In this document: positions 9,001 to 19,400 of the stretch, in pieces | Numbering within the stretch: position 1 is the stretch's first letter | How the letters are laid out: each line of letters starts with the position of its first letter | Sequence record: NC_047713.1 | Direction: 5' to 3' (one strand) | DNA: 64,000 nt | Notes under the pieces: generated by a model | The model's input: only the letters and a program-made list of their open reading frames with translations | Database searches by the model: none | What the model was told of the DNA's origin: nothing | Made by a program: the position numbers and the translations under genes

Positions 9001-11876
9001 ACTATTTCTATAGTTATGGAGCACAAACTGGTATCAATACTCTAACCTTTACTGGTATTACTTCCACTAATGGTCAGAGAGTTGAGTCTAGATTTGATAT
9101 CAATCAGAACCAGATTCCTCGCGGTGGTGTTATCGTATCACTAGGTTCTACACCTGGTTTGGGATATGCCCCACTCTATGGAGCAAAGATAACTCCAGTA
9201 GTTACTGGTGGTGTTATTACTGATATTGTATCAACCAATAGAGTTGGTTTTACAACTGATGTTCTTTGGGCAGACTATGATAACGAAACTGGTGACTTGG
9301 TTGTTTCTGGTATTGGATCGGCACTAACCACACAGTTCAACATCACAGATGCCGACTATCGTAACACCTCCGGCGTCCTAATTATTACGAGCGCAACTTC
9401 TCTAATATCTGCTGGTATCAACCCAGGTGATATTATGTATCTGAGAGGTATGGACTTCTCCTGTACTTCAGGTGGAGCACCTGCCACACTTACATACCCA
9501 GACCAAGACCCAGTATACGCTGTGGATAGGATTGTAGATGAGTTTAGGTTCTCAGTGAACGCTGGAATATCTACTATTCCACATACTTATGTTTCTGGTG
9601 GTACCTGGCAAAAGTATTCACCATTCCAGTTTGGAAGGGAACAGATTAACCCCAAACAGGTTTATCTAAATGGTTTGGAGTTTGATTGTACCAATAGTCC
9701 ATTCATCACTACCAATATCTTCCCTGATAGTTTCGAGTCAGCATCTTTTGTTACTCGTGATGATGATGCACACTTCAGACTAAACGTTGGTATCGCAAGT
9801 TTCACACACGACTATGTTGGTAGTGGAATCTTTGGTCAGTATATTGAAAACAACCCAGGTTCTGGTTATATCGATAGAGTTTCTATCGCAGTTACTGATC
9901 CCAACCACTCTGGAACACCTGCAGAGATTGTGGGTATCCCAACTGCTGGTGGTGAGTTATCATTCACAATTATTGGTGGTGGTTCTGGATATAACCAACC
10001 AACCACAGATACCTTTGCTCCTGATCCAGCATACTTTAACCTTCCAGTTATTGGTGTATCTAGGAGAAATGTTGGATTCACAACTATCACTGGTAAGAAT
10101 CTCTTTGTAACTGTTGAGGTATCAGCAGCAACCACCACGGCAATCGGTCGTAGTGAGTTCTTTGAAGTCAGTGGGTATCAAATCACTAACCAAGGTTATG
10201 GTTTTGAAGAAGGTGATGTTATTGAGGTTGTTGGTATTCCTACTGATAAGAATCTATCCCAACCAATTGAACCCTTCCAACTCACAGTTCTAGACACCTT
10301 CACCGATAACTTCTCCGCCTGGAACTTCGGTGAAACTGATTATATTGATAGTATCAAGACTCTACAGGATGGTTCAAGACTTAACTTCCCACTTTCATAC
10401 AAAGGTGAGGAACTATCCTTCGAATCAAATCCCTCCAATGAAGACTCTGCGGCAATTGATTTAGACGCTATCCTCCTCATCTATGTGAATACAGTACTAC
10501 AAGTACCTGGTGTAAGTTATGAGTTTACTGGTGGTAACACCTTTACATTCTCACAACCACCATTCCCACAGGATGATGTTGATATTTACTTCTATAGAGG
10601 TAAGAGGAATATTGATAGTACAGTTATTACTGAAATTGATGAATCTATTAGACCTGGTGATCAGTTACAACTTGTTAAAAACAATAAGTACAATGACAAT
10701 GTATTCATTGACCTAACCAGAACACAGGACCTTAGAACAGTCACAGAGATTGCTTCTTCTGACACAGTTAGAACTAATATCTACTTTGGTAACAAAGACT
10801 TAGATACTCTAAGAGAAAGGCAAGTCGGTTGGGAAAAACAGAAGAGAGATATCTTCATCTATGGTGAACCAGCACCTAAGACTAGAGATAGTCTAGAACC
10901 TGTTATTGTACCAACAGCGGCAATCATCAGAGATACCTCCAAATCACAAACAGAACTCTTTGTTAGTAACTCTGAGATATTTGTTTATGAAGAAGATGTT
11001 CCTGGTTCTAGTATTGTTCTAACCAATATCAGTGGTGAGATCTATAGACCAGTTGAGTATAAGTACAATCCACCAGTACTATTCGAACCCGCGTCAATAC
11101 GCGCGAATGTAGATGGTAATGGTAAAGTAACTTCACTCACAATCCTAGACGCAGGACAAGGTTACCCAACAGGTACTGAAATCACTATTGGTATTTCTTC
11201 CACGGGTGATAGGGCAGAGGTTGGTACTACTATCCTCAATCCAATTGATGGTTCTATTATCTCTGTTATCCTATCTAAGAGTGGATCTGGTTACAATCAA
11301 AGTAACCCACCATTCGTTCTTATTTCAGAACCACAGGTAGATATTGAACCTTTGGAACTTATTCCAAATATCCAAGGTTTCAGTGGTATTGTTACTGGTA
11401 TTCAGGCAACTACAGGTTCCTCTGGGGCAACCAAGGGTATCCGGGTATTCTACACAGTAGATTCCACAGTTGTTGCTTCTGAACTAAATGCAGGTTACTC
11501 AGTTGTTCTATCTAATACTGTTGTTGGTAATGGTGTTGAAACTATCGGAACTAACGCAGCAACCGTGGTTGGTTTGGGAACACAGTTCCTAGATGCTGTT
11601 TATGAGATTAGGTCTAATGGTAACCTAGGAATAAATGGTGTATGGGAAGCAAATGTATCCAATGGAACTAACATATCTGGTATTGATATTTCTGGAGATA
11701 ACCTCGGAAGTTTCAGCTGGGGTAGGTTATCCAATGTTCCAAGAGATATTGATTTGGCACTCTCATACAATGTAGATGGAACTACATACTCACCCAATAT
11801 GGATAACTACCCAACTCTCAAGAGAAGTAGTGAAGGTCTCCGTAACGAAGGTGGTATCGCTAAGAGGGTTCTGTAG
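3..11876 (+). CDS. gp7: Giant baseplate wedge initiator-like structural protein (5'-truncated, >3950 aa)
   Basis: Frame 3 is open from the window start (gca gag gac gtg...), so the true start lies upstream. The gene sits directly before gp8, the usual cyanomyovirus gp7 position. It is beta-rich with many GxGY and H-G-x-x-x-G-D repeats and a YHYH-like segment. Confidence 0.7.
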   Translation, partial: AEDVFGAISEIETFTRDNKLYYRIYFFVSNDEIANERKLFTIPGRSRTQRGWNQGDTTITVDTTLGFRDNNEFITEDGTKFTYLERTVNQFLGVECSDTEKTLGVNEDIIDDITIFGINDAGETVSLRMTGVISDIEFPDEVPFTTPGEKISVDTLGENIISADVTRSEPTQRQIIANSFIYNTSVRMEVDELNGSDFQINTAYLDKAFISPGDSVDILQRGSQLVYVANRKVTSVDYLNSIITINDSFGIPLDQSLDIRRNQNYAKSSTTDIEYGQNSVLSNVLNLYDATEFDGNFYVATNSLPSYDMEVKVVESILTGITTSNFEGYNSFTDQYSTIIFDSATSFITGDLISYRVISVERTGIPLITEGEYFVEVLSNPRKIKLYVSPSFIGSDNFVGFVYNDAVGAHAFTLEEQKDRRINTKNVFKKIPFTATKQNITIPRTPDVTPSGSPVAVLTNGVEVLSYKSPDKVFLGPLEEVVPVASGEGYSVIGPPNILITPPNIQVTDPTGIPTDGGVARVSPVISGRLKKIYIDPQDFDIEEVFSITVVGGNSRGATAKPQISKRTRSIPFDTRLDIYGGGINPNEETILFLTEHKLAKGDAIIYENNDTQSIGVNVAGGSNIYNGQTLSNGAVYFAEPLNNVTIKIYETLEDLNLGINTVGFTSSQTGFGVQDFTTIPRNQLTGAFITDDGGEFVYRKMEFQPENIYPEYDELRYDGHGFSSGDLVEYGTFGSVVGGLSTEKQYYVDALDENVIKLSDAGIGGTSRFDYDRKDYVDFTNIGVGTQFIKYPDVTVNVVVSYASSITGIITATPIIRGGIIQTYVETGGYYGSDILNFAKTPEVTVQTGEGARIKPVIVNGKVTTVQILSKGINYPPTPDIRVIDKSRKGAGALLRPVVIDGVIQSVVVISTGENYDPLNTDITVIDTARRCILVPRITPLTVNTFARFGFEGLSNNDYSVVAYDRKIREDVYGDLGASHSPIIGWANDGNPIYGGFGFDDPENSSSGFRAMRTSYELFPGEIYGRPPLTLYPAGSFVEDYKFTDNGDLDIYNGRYGRTPEYPNGVYAYFAGISTDTQSLAREPQFPYFIGPEFRDGLGIQDNTVSQDFDINNKDIFRNTFPYAVGNPIIGSEFLDQSYLEDTQDSIIQSINNGTVDNLTIVGAGVSYSVGDIVNFDDTFDYISVVVDQVDGPEVTQIQTLIKSYGKAETKVIKVDNTTVRVYVDPFHEYLDGDKVVISGLSTNTDQLNGTHEINFMREQMTMFAPIPPTLFETVSDIFVNTISDKVSVGSSITVGLGTLSEDMEVINIFPINKALRVKRPVGYGFTHPIGDAVNIAPNYFDIKKNVDSFPSEIDVEYYFNPHQTVAVGLETGASVGLVYSIGTIDKNISVQTQRIYAPSHGFRTGEEITFEKNDTDTALVVTDGSTVYTLPGVGNTSNAYVVSLSKNYIGIRTVTDGPDLFFSTDGSDSPLYSIKTNRFAETALVDRIQAEVKTKTDHRLGNDDQIFTDVISSGKSGVGTNPNIKLEFDDSSQSLIVDPYFTQPSDIDTVNNLININNHGYTNGDIVLYQNYGSSIGGLTTHHKYYTIPFDRDKFYVAETFVDVRPGTKLPVNLTSVGIGSHKFSKVNPPLLITNNNDIEFDVSSPTLFGKTLEFFFDRTLTEIFDNNSIDNVFVVSGVSTEGYEDARKSIRYSDNNPDVFFYGITEGGYISTADTEVSRNNSIRYEASEYAIEGRVTVIDDSTFTYTLNTIPEKPLYTNPDTQLSYKTSSSTALGGVGRLNIIFSGNNFPTLPEFEGIQTEYGQNATIRAESDDIGTLASFRIQNAGWDYSADNTLRPFGVIQPTIRFDNSDFVTEVTVLDGGNGYQNPPNAVLVDSVTREVVDNGSIILEVQSSTITDVIVEVAPSGLSKDLQELWTVNNSNGIPILLIGNIDNVAGVVTYTVQTPIEGYATPPFSVGDRVFVENILVDQDAPPSKLNSGDYGYQFLEVVAVTPTNPITIGIQYPEEAIGNLGYGVTFQQAFSGIVNEDIYPKFAVQQTTAVFLEGERLSIFDSFGNLDETDLVVEESNTSFFKVTGNYDLLVGDVLKGNNSGVILTVTEIDSSSCRYLVDSISRINTGWNDKTGFLNEETQNLPDNDYYQNLSYSIKSTINFEELINPVNRLVHPSGLKNFSDTKIESIGDIGVGSSESSESTVTIDFIGLTDIAETPLRVDRINVFDLGWDANVNNNRSNAIRLQSRTPNKRLTDYIEVRTNRVLMHDDISNEFIDSDNASSKSPYSEFNIITGEYTRGLVQARNPFTDQVQFTEIIVLSVDNSAFTLQKASISDNDLGYGIFEGRSLASSEYQMRFTPFNTDDFDIDLKLLSHKFIFSGESAEEIGYVNLAGNTLSTPDAASTQIYGASNSNNRAVVVHANITTIDGLLYYYEIYAFTDGTDVYYAPYGYSSDVLKGFNSELDGDFNATLQGGKLAIYFTNNTGGPVSITTKSIEFKQSFSGTSPYRFKKNNVPDTEERSIILDSVSTAGVSTQTTEVFRYDTTLFQSVRSIVHISGTDVGAIHQVMTINSDGSTYCEVYPFITEGDEVDSTSGIGTFGSSIDGTDMVLTFYPDAAIGSQALTLTSYNETFYRELDEVNYTFGRPLVYSESEENYYLERYIAPLGLRNNLLRFPLTYEGIPIYEKAFDPATTISINNGNLTLFNITEHFFSPAEELYYLPDTTLANNLKSPIEIQPVVDYRGITTSTMPDRVYAIKRDLNVFQLAPTASDALAGQAIVITGFGTGISHRLGMMKKLEKTIITIDGVIQSPITSALKTFNLDAPLGFDDEYAVLTGIGTIRVGDLFLIDEEYLKIDNVGLSTSQTGPISNTGTIPLIEISRGVVGSSATSHTSGSDLDLYRGSFNIVESDVVFTEAPAGRGEININESNLVQVNSSFQGRTFLQREYDQIALFDDISDLFNGSDYEFNITSAGSTIGEIENGSGVLTINDIYQTPTTDNNAGNNYFYSYGAQTGINTLTFTGITSTNGQRVESRFDINQNQIPRGGVIVSLGSTPGLGYAPLYGAKITPVVTGGVITDIVSTNRVGFTTDVLWADYDNETGDLVVSGIGSALTTQFNITDADYRNTSGVLIITSATSLISAGINPGDIMYLRGMDFSCTSGGAPATLTYPDQDPVYAVDRIVDEFRFSVNAGISTIPHTYVSGGTWQKYSPFQFGREQINPKQVYLNGLEFDCTNSPFITTNIFPDSFESASFVTRDDDAHFRLNVGIASFTHDYVGSGIFGQYIENNPGSGYIDRVSIAVTDPNHSGTPAEIVGIPTAGGELSFTIIGGGSGYNQPTTDTFAPDPAYFNLPVIGVSRRNVGFTTITGKNLFVTVEVSAATTTAIGRSEFFEVSGYQITNQGYGFEEGDVIEVVGIPTDKNLSQPIEPFQLTVLDTFTDNFSAWNFGETDYIDSIKTLQDGSRLNFPLSYKGEELSFESNPSNEDSAAIDLDAILLIYVNTVLQVPGVSYEFTGGNTFTFSQPPFPQDDVDIYFYRGKRNIDSTVITEIDESIRPGDQLQLVKNNKYNDNVFIDLTRTQDLRTVTEIASSDTVRTNIYFGNKDLDTLRERQVGWEKQKRDIFIYGEPAPKTRDSLEPVIVPTAAIIRDTSKSQTELFVSNSEIFVYEEDVPGSSIVLTNISGEIYRPVEYKYNPPVLFEPASIRANVDGNGKVTSLTILDAGQGYPTGTEITIGISSTGDRAEVGTTILNPIDGSIISVILSKSGSGYNQSNPPFVLISEPQVDIEPLELIPNIQGFSGIVTGIQATTGSSGATKGIRVFYTVDSTVVASELNAGYSVVLSNTVVGNGVETIGTNAATVVGLGTQFLDAVYEIRSNGNLGINGVWEANVSNGTNISGIDISGDNLGSFSWGRLSNVPRDIDLALSYNVDGTTYSPNMDNYPTLKRSSEGLRNEGGIAKRVL

Positions 11877-11881
11877 GGTGT

Positions 11882-11889
11882 TATAAATA
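11882..11889 (+). promoter_or_regulatory. T4-type late promoter TATAAATA upstream of gp8
   Basis: Exact gp55-recognised consensus in the gp7-gp8 intergenic gap. Confidence 0.75.
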
Positions 11890-11927
11890 GGGTTTAGGTA
11901 CTGTATCCTAAATCCTGTATATACACA

Positions 11928-13472
11928 ATGGCTGCTTTAATCACAGATGATTTTAGGCTGTTTAACGCCGACAACTTCATCGAATCTGTAACTGATCCGA
12001 ATAACTCATATTATATCTTTGTAGGTCTTCCCAACCCGGTTGGTGGAGGCTATGGTAGATCCCTTAATTGGAATAATGATCCACCACAACCCATCGATAA
12101 CTTCGCATACCTCCGTCATTGTTATGACACTATGATGTATGGACGAAGAATCACGCCTGGAAATGTCAAGAGGGTGATTCGTCGTATCAACTGGGTCAAG
12201 GGGACCAGATACGATCAGTATCGAGATGACTATAGTGTGAATAACGTTTCACCTAATACTGGTTCCACCAGACTATACGATGCTAACTATTACATTATTA
12301 ATAGTGAGTTTAAAGTATACATTTGTTTAAGTAATGGTTCTAACGGCAATAACCCCAAGGGTGCTGGATCTGAGGATGAGCCTAACTTTGTAGACACTGA
12401 ACCGTCCGCAGCAGGTTCCAGTGGTGATGGATACATATGGAAGTATTTGTTTACAGTATCTCCTTCCGACGTTATCAAGTTCGATAGTACCGACTACATC
12501 ACTGTACCCAATGACTGGGGTACAACTGATAACTCACAGATTGTTGCCATTAGAGAAAGTGGAGACTCCCTCATCAATGATAGTCAACTAAAACAAGTTT
12601 ATGTTGATATCCAAGGTGTTGGATATGCTGGAGGTATAGGTCAGGAGTTACCTATTATTGGTGATGGTGAAGGTGCTAGAGCCATTGTTGATGTCAACTC
12701 TGGACGTGTTACTAACGCTATTATTGCCAAGGGTGGTAAGAACTATAGTTGGGGTTTGGTTGATCTTGGTACTATCAATCAGAGTGCTACAACAGCAGCC
12801 AAACTAGATGTTATCATCCCACCCTCAAGAGGACATGGTTATGATATCTACCAAGAACTAGGTACCGACAGGGTTCTAGTATATGCTAGATTTGATGACT
12901 CTACTCAAGACTTCCCTATTGATACTAAGTTTGCTCAGATTGGTTTAGTTAGAAACCCAACAGTTAATGGATCTAACCAGATCTTCACTGAGAACACATT
13001 CACTTCCTGTGAATCACTCAAGATGTTATCTTTCAGTGGTGGTGTAGAAGTTGGTGATATTATCAATCAAGATACTACAGAAGGTACCGCTAGAGGATAT
13101 GTTGTTTCCTTTGATGAGGAAACAAAGGTTATGAAGTATATCCAGGATAGGTCACTATACTATAACCCCAATACATATGATAATACTGACTATGTTGGTA
13201 TTACTACTAGTGGAAAGAAGATATCCTTTGAGTCTAATCTAAACCCAGTTATTACTAACGACGGTTTCCTATCTACTATTGATACAACCTTTAATGGATC
13301 TACCGAAACAGTGGGTGCCAAATCAGTAGAACTCGGTGTAGAATTCACAAATGGGGTTGCAGTATCGGAGATAAATACTCAGAGTGGTGAGATACTTTAC
13401 TTGGATAACAGACCAGTAGTACCCAGGAATCCACGACAAAAAGAAGACGTTAAGATCATCTTGGAATTCTAA
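11928..13472 (+). CDS. gp8: Baseplate wedge subunit gp8
   Basis: Motifs MAALITDDFR, RRINW..G..YD.YR, KVYICL.NG, DGYIWKYLFT and the C-terminus YLDNR..V.R...QKEDVKIILEF are typical of T4-like gp8. Confidence 0.9.
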   Translation: MAALITDDFRLFNADNFIESVTDPNNSYYIFVGLPNPVGGGYGRSLNWNNDPPQPIDNFAYLRHCYDTMMYGRRITPGNVKRVIRRINWVKGTRYDQYRDDYSVNNVSPNTGSTRLYDANYYIINSEFKVYICLSNGSNGNNPKGAGSEDEPNFVDTEPSAAGSSGDGYIWKYLFTVSPSDVIKFDSTDYITVPNDWGTTDNSQIVAIRESGDSLINDSQLKQVYVDIQGVGYAGGIGQELPIIGDGEGARAIVDVNSGRVTNAIIAKGGKNYSWGLVDLGTINQSATTAAKLDVIIPPSRGHGYDIYQELGTDRVLVYARFDDSTQDFPIDTKFAQIGLVRNPTVNGSNQIFTENTFTSCESLKMLSFSGGVEVGDIINQDTTEGTARGYVVSFDEETKVMKYIQDRSLYYNPNTYDNTDYVGITTSGKKISFESNLNPVITNDGFLSTIDTTFNGSTETVGAKSVELGVEFTNGVAVSEINTQSGEILYLDNRPVVPRNPRQKEDVKIILEF

Positions 13473-13475
13473 TCA

Positions 13476-16400
13476 ATGTCTCAGATTAACCTAGATACCA
13501 GCCCATACTTTGACGACTTCGATCCGTCAAAGGACTACTATAAAGTACTCTTCAAGCCAGGATTCCCGGTTCAAGCAAGAGAACTTACCACTTTGCAATC
13601 AATTTTACAGAACCAGGTAAGTAACTTTGGAAAGCACCTCTTCAAAGAGGGATCCATGGTTATCCCTGGTAGTATAACTTATAATGCAAAGTATGAGTCT
13701 ATTGTCATAAACAAACAACAGGGGGGTATCGACGTTTCTCTATATGCTTCTCGACTAGTTGGTAAAACTATTCAGGGTAAAACTAGCGGAGTTACCGCTA
13801 AGGTTATTAACTTCCTACTACCACCAAATAACGGAGTAACAAGCCCAACAATCTTTGTTTCATATATCAATAGTGGTTCGGATGCGGCAACAACTGTTTT
13901 CGACAATAACGAGGAGTTAATTTCCACTTCCGACATTGTATATGGTAATACTACAATTACTGCCGGGACTACATTTGCTAGTACTATTTCAACTCTATCC
14001 ACAGCGGTAGGTTCTGCTGCCCAGATCAGAGATGGTATCTACTTCATTCGGGGTTTCTTTGCTCAGGTTCGTGAAAGTGTAGTAATCTTAGAACCTTTTA
14101 GTAATACTCCTTCATATAGAGTTGGTCTACAGATCACTGAACAGGTTATTACTGCTGGTCAGGACAACTCACTATATGATAACGCCAAGGGGTTCAATAA
14201 CTTCTCAGCACCAGGTGCGGATAGACTAAAAATATCCACCAAACTTATTAAGAAACCACTAGACGATTATAATGATACTAACTTTGTAGAGTTATTACGT
14301 GTTGATAACGGTGAAGTTAAGAAAATTGCGGAGAATAGTGACTATAATATCATTAAGGACTACCTAGCACAAAGAACCTATGAGGAGTCTGGTGACTATA
14401 CCCTGTTTGGTATGGGTATTAAAGTTGCAGAGTCATTAAGTGATAACTTAGGTAACGGTGGTGTATATCAGTTTGATCAGAAAACAGAGCAAGGGGGAAC
14501 ACCCACTGACGATCTAGCGGTAGTTAAAGTATCTGCTGGTAAGGCATATGTTCGAGGTTATGACATCAATAATCCTGGAACTGTTAACCTAGACATCAAC
14601 AAACCCAGAACAACAGAGAACGTCGAAGCAAGTTCCGTTCCCTTTGAGATGGGAAGTAAGTTCTTCATCAATAACGTTAAAGGAACTCCTGTTATTGGTC
14701 TAGACGTTAATGATAATATCGTCGAACTATACAATGGTCGTGTAGATGGTGCAGGGTCCTCCACAGGAGACCTTATCGGTGAGTCTCGTGTATATTCCTA
14801 TTCCCTAGAAGACGCACCCTATACAGGTCCTTCTACACCTTGGAACCTATATCTATATGATACTCAGATCTTTACCAAACTAACTCTAAATGTAGATGCA
14901 ACTGGTAATATCCTAACTTCATATAAGGTGAGGGGTCTCAGTAGTAACGCTACTGGTTATGTTCGTTCTGTTAGTACCACAGAAGTAGTTCTAACTCAGG
15001 TATCTGGTGAATTTATCAGAAACGAAGCTATTTCTGTTAATGGAAAGATATCCAGTTCACTTAGTGTATCTTTAGTTGATAGTTACAGGAATAACGATGT
15101 TAGATCCATTAGCCAGGCAAGTTCCTCACTAGATCCAAACATTGAAGTTGACTTTAGTGCAGATACTCTCCAATACTCTGCTATTCCAACTGGTTTCACA
15201 GCTTCAGATTCAGTTACAATCACTACTGGTGGTGTTGTTACTTGTCCTGGTAGAATATTTGATGCTTTCCGAGTTGGTGATGTTATTGGATATCAGAAAG
15301 CTGGATCAGAAGTAATTACATACAATCAAGTATTATCACTCAACGCCACTAACACCAGTATTACTGTTGATGCAGTTGCAAATGTTGCTGGTGTTTGTGA
15401 TGGAACTTTACCTTCATCCGAAACTAGATCTGGTATTAGGTTATACAACTCTAGACTCCTTAACCAAGAGATTTCTCAGTTATATGCAACTTTAGAAGAG
15501 AGGAATATTTCCAGTGTTGATTTGGCATCATCGTCATTAACCTTCGCCAAACAGATCAACAACTTATCTACAGATGCTAGTGGTGTTCTAACTGTAAATG
15601 TATCCGACCTAGATGTTTCTGGTGCGGTATTTGAAGCCTTTGATCAAGAGAGATATAGTATTCATTATTCCAATGGAACTACACAATCTCTTAGTTCTAG
15701 TCAGGTAACTATTACATCCTCAACAGCAGAATTTACAAACTTACTCCCAAGTCAGACAACCAACGTAACACTCAATTGTACTGCTATCAAGACTGGTATT
15801 AAGTCTAAGACTAAAGTTCTACTTAGGTCTCAACTATTAGAAGTTACCAAGGCAAGCAGTGGTATTTCTACTGTGGCTCAGGGTTTGGGACAAAATGACT
15901 ACTATGGTTTAAGGGTTGATGATGAAGAGATCTCACTAAATGTATCAGATGTAACTAATATTGTTGCTGTATATGAGTCATTGGATGATGGTACCCCAAC
16001 GTTTGATGTTCTAGGTTTTGTCAATGGTTTAGAACTAGACACTAGAGTTGCAGTTGGAGAACAGATCAAGGGTGATGTATCTGGTGCTATTGCTCGGGTT
16101 GTTACAGTTGCAACACCTGCTTCAGTCAATATTGTATACCTAACTGAATCAACTTTTGAAGTTGGTGAATTAGTTACGTTTATGGAATCCAAGATTGAAA
16201 CTAATCTTCAATCTATTACAGAAGGTAACTACAGTAACATTACAAACAGATTTACACTTGATAAAGGACAACGTGAACAGTTCTATGACTATTCTCGTCT
16301 AGTCAGGAATAAGAATGCTAAAGCACCTAACAAGAGAATACTAATCATCTATGATAGATTCGCTGTTCCAGTGAATGACAAAGGTGATTTCTACACTGCC

Positions 16401-19400
16401 AATAGTTACTCCGAAGAAGACTTCAGTAAAGGTGTTCCTATGTTGGCTGGTGGAACTCTCCGTGCCTCGGACACCCTAGATTTTAGACCCAGAGTCGCCG
16501 CCTTTACCTCACTCAACTCCTCACCATTTAACTACACTTCTCGTGACTTTGGTGACAATGGTAATACTGTTATCCTAGTTACCAAACCAAGTGAAAGTAT
16601 GGTTCTAGGTTATAGTTACTTTGTTGGAAGAAGGGATCGTATTGTACTAGGATCTAATGGAAAATTCAGTGTAATTGAAGGTACACCCGCTGAGTTCCCA
16701 ACATTACCCACAATTGGTGATGGTGTAATGGAACTCGCCCAAATAACTTATCCACCATACCTATACTACATCGAAGACGTTCAAATTATCGAGGTTGATA
16801 ATAGACGATATACGATGAGAGATATTGGTAAGTTGGAAGATCGTATTGAGAACTTAGAAGAAGTTACGTCACTTTCACTACTAGAAAGGGAAACAGAATC
16901 ACTACAAGTTTTGGATGAAGATGGTAACGACAGATTTAAATCTGGTTTCTTTGCCGATGATTTCACGAATGCAGAATTTATTGATAATGATTATGAAGAT
17001 ACCAACATTGATGTTGAACCTGCAACTTCTTCCCTAGTCACTAGACAGTTATTTTCCACCATTCCATTAAGAGCTCAACTATCAGAAAGTATTGATGAGA
17101 ACATAGTTGATTTGAGTGATAACTTACCTCTAGTAGATACTAATCTACAAAAGACTGGTGATATAGTTACCCTATCATATGTTGAAGTTCCTTGGATTAC
17201 ACAACCACTATCTTCGAGAACAGAAAATGTTAACCCATTCAATGTTATTCTATTCAATGGTAGTATTACATTAAACCCAGCTTCTGATGATTTTGTTATT
17301 ACTAGACAGATTCCAGGCAATACTCAAACTATTGATGTATTTGGTGATGGAAACAGTTCTAATTTCGATCAGACGTTTGTTGAGAGTGTAGAAACTGCTC
17401 AGTGGATGAGATCACGTAACATTGCTTTCCACGGTCGTGGAATCAAACCCTTCACTCAGTTCTATGCGTTCTTTGACGGAACTTCTGGTATTGATATTAT
17501 CCCCAAACTTATTGAAATCACCATGACTAACGGTGCTTTCTCCGTTGGGGAGAGGGTTGTTGGTACTACTGGAGGTAGAAGAATCTTTGCAGCTAGAGTA
17601 GCTACACCTAATCATAAGGAAGGTACTTTCAATAGTCCAGATAGAACTTTTGAGACAAATCCATATAATAGGGACGCTCAGTTGGCGTCTTCATACTCAG
17701 CCTCGTCTACAATTCTCAATATTGATACCAACTCACTAGCAGATATCACTGACTCACGTTTCTTTGGTTATATCACACCAGGAACTAGATTAGTTGGTCA
17801 GTCTAGTGGAGCTATTGCTGATGTTACAGAAGTAAAATTAATCGCTGATACATTTGCTGAACTATATGGTGCTATTTGGTTGAGGGATCCATACGCATCC
17901 CCAACACCATCATTCAGACTTGCTACCGGTGTTCGTACACTAAAACTAACCTCTAGTACAACTAACGCACAATCTACACTTGGTGGAACAACGATCTCCT
18001 TTGCAGAGTCTAACTTCCAATCTAGTGGTTTGGTTCAGAACAGGCAGACTGATACTACTGTGGTAACAGTTAGACCCCTACCACCACCACCCCCACCAAT
18101 TATTATTGACCAAACAGTTACTATTGTCAATAACAATACGACAGTTATCGATAATACTGTTACTCAAAATATCGATAATACTCAAACTATTATCCGAGAA
18201 GTGGAAGTTGACGATGACGACCCATTGGCACAGACCTTTATGGTTGATGAGACCGGTGCGTTCCTAACCAGTATTGATCTGTTTATGGCTACTAAGTCTG
18301 AAACAGATAACTTAATTGTTCAGGTTAGAACTACTGAGTTGGCAACTCCAACCAACCTTCTTATTCAAGATTTTGCTGAGGTTGTTCTATCACCTGATCA
18401 AGTTAATGTATCAGAAGATGGGACTGCGGTAACTAAAGTTACTTTCCCCTCTCCCATATATCTTGAGTCAGGTATAACATATGCCGTTGTACTACTTGCC
18501 CCAACTACTGACGAATACACTTCGTTTATTGCTGTTATGGGTGAGGAGAATCTCTCTGGTGAGATTGATCCTAACTTAGATCTAAACGCAACACTTCCAG
18601 AAGGATCTACTCAAAGTAACTCCAATCTCCCAGGAACTGCTATTATTTCCCAGCAGTATCTCGGTGGATCACTCTTTAAGTCTCAGAATGGTACTATCTG
18701 GACACCAACTCAGTTTGAGGATCTTAAGTTCACTCTCAACAAAGCACAGTTTAACCAGACTCCAGGAACTCTATTCCTCAACAATCCACCACTAACTGAG
18801 ACCGGAATTCTACCACCTGATCCAATTGAAACACTACCTAGAAAACTCAAGGTATCTGTAAGTTCTAATACTTACAACTTCAGTGAAGGTGATATCATTT
18901 CTTCTGTTGGTTCAGGTGCTACCAATACCGCGTTGGTAACTGGTGACCTAGAGACCCTAGGTGGTCCACTAGCAACACTCGATGTAACTGACCCTGGTGT
19001 TGGTTTCATTGATGGTTCCTACAGTAGTGTAACTGTATATCCAATTACCAGTTCTGGTTCAGGTGCTGAACTCAATGTTACCATTTCTGGTAATGTAATT
19101 ACAGCAGCAACAGTAACTACTGGTGGTTCTGGTTATAGAGTTGGAGATACTATTGGTATTACAACCGCTGATGTTGGTGCCGCTGGTGGTGACTCTGTAT
19201 TGACTCTCGATACCATTGGTGATACAGATACACTATTCCTCACTAACGTACAAGGTGAGAAGATGGTTATAACAGAGAGTATTAAGGTATACGATACTGT
19301 TACTGAATCCCTAAGGACAACTGGTGTAGATATTACAACAGAATCTGAAGTTCTCAATCCAATGTATAATGGTAGTATCTTTGTTGCTAACATACCCAAT

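Noticed and set aside
161-19399. Numerous 60-130 aa minus-strand and off-frame ORFs inside gp7, gp8 and VrlC
   Set aside because: They lie entirely within long, motif-supported plus-strand genes, have Ser/Thr/Val/Ile-rich antisense composition, and have no recognisable motifs.
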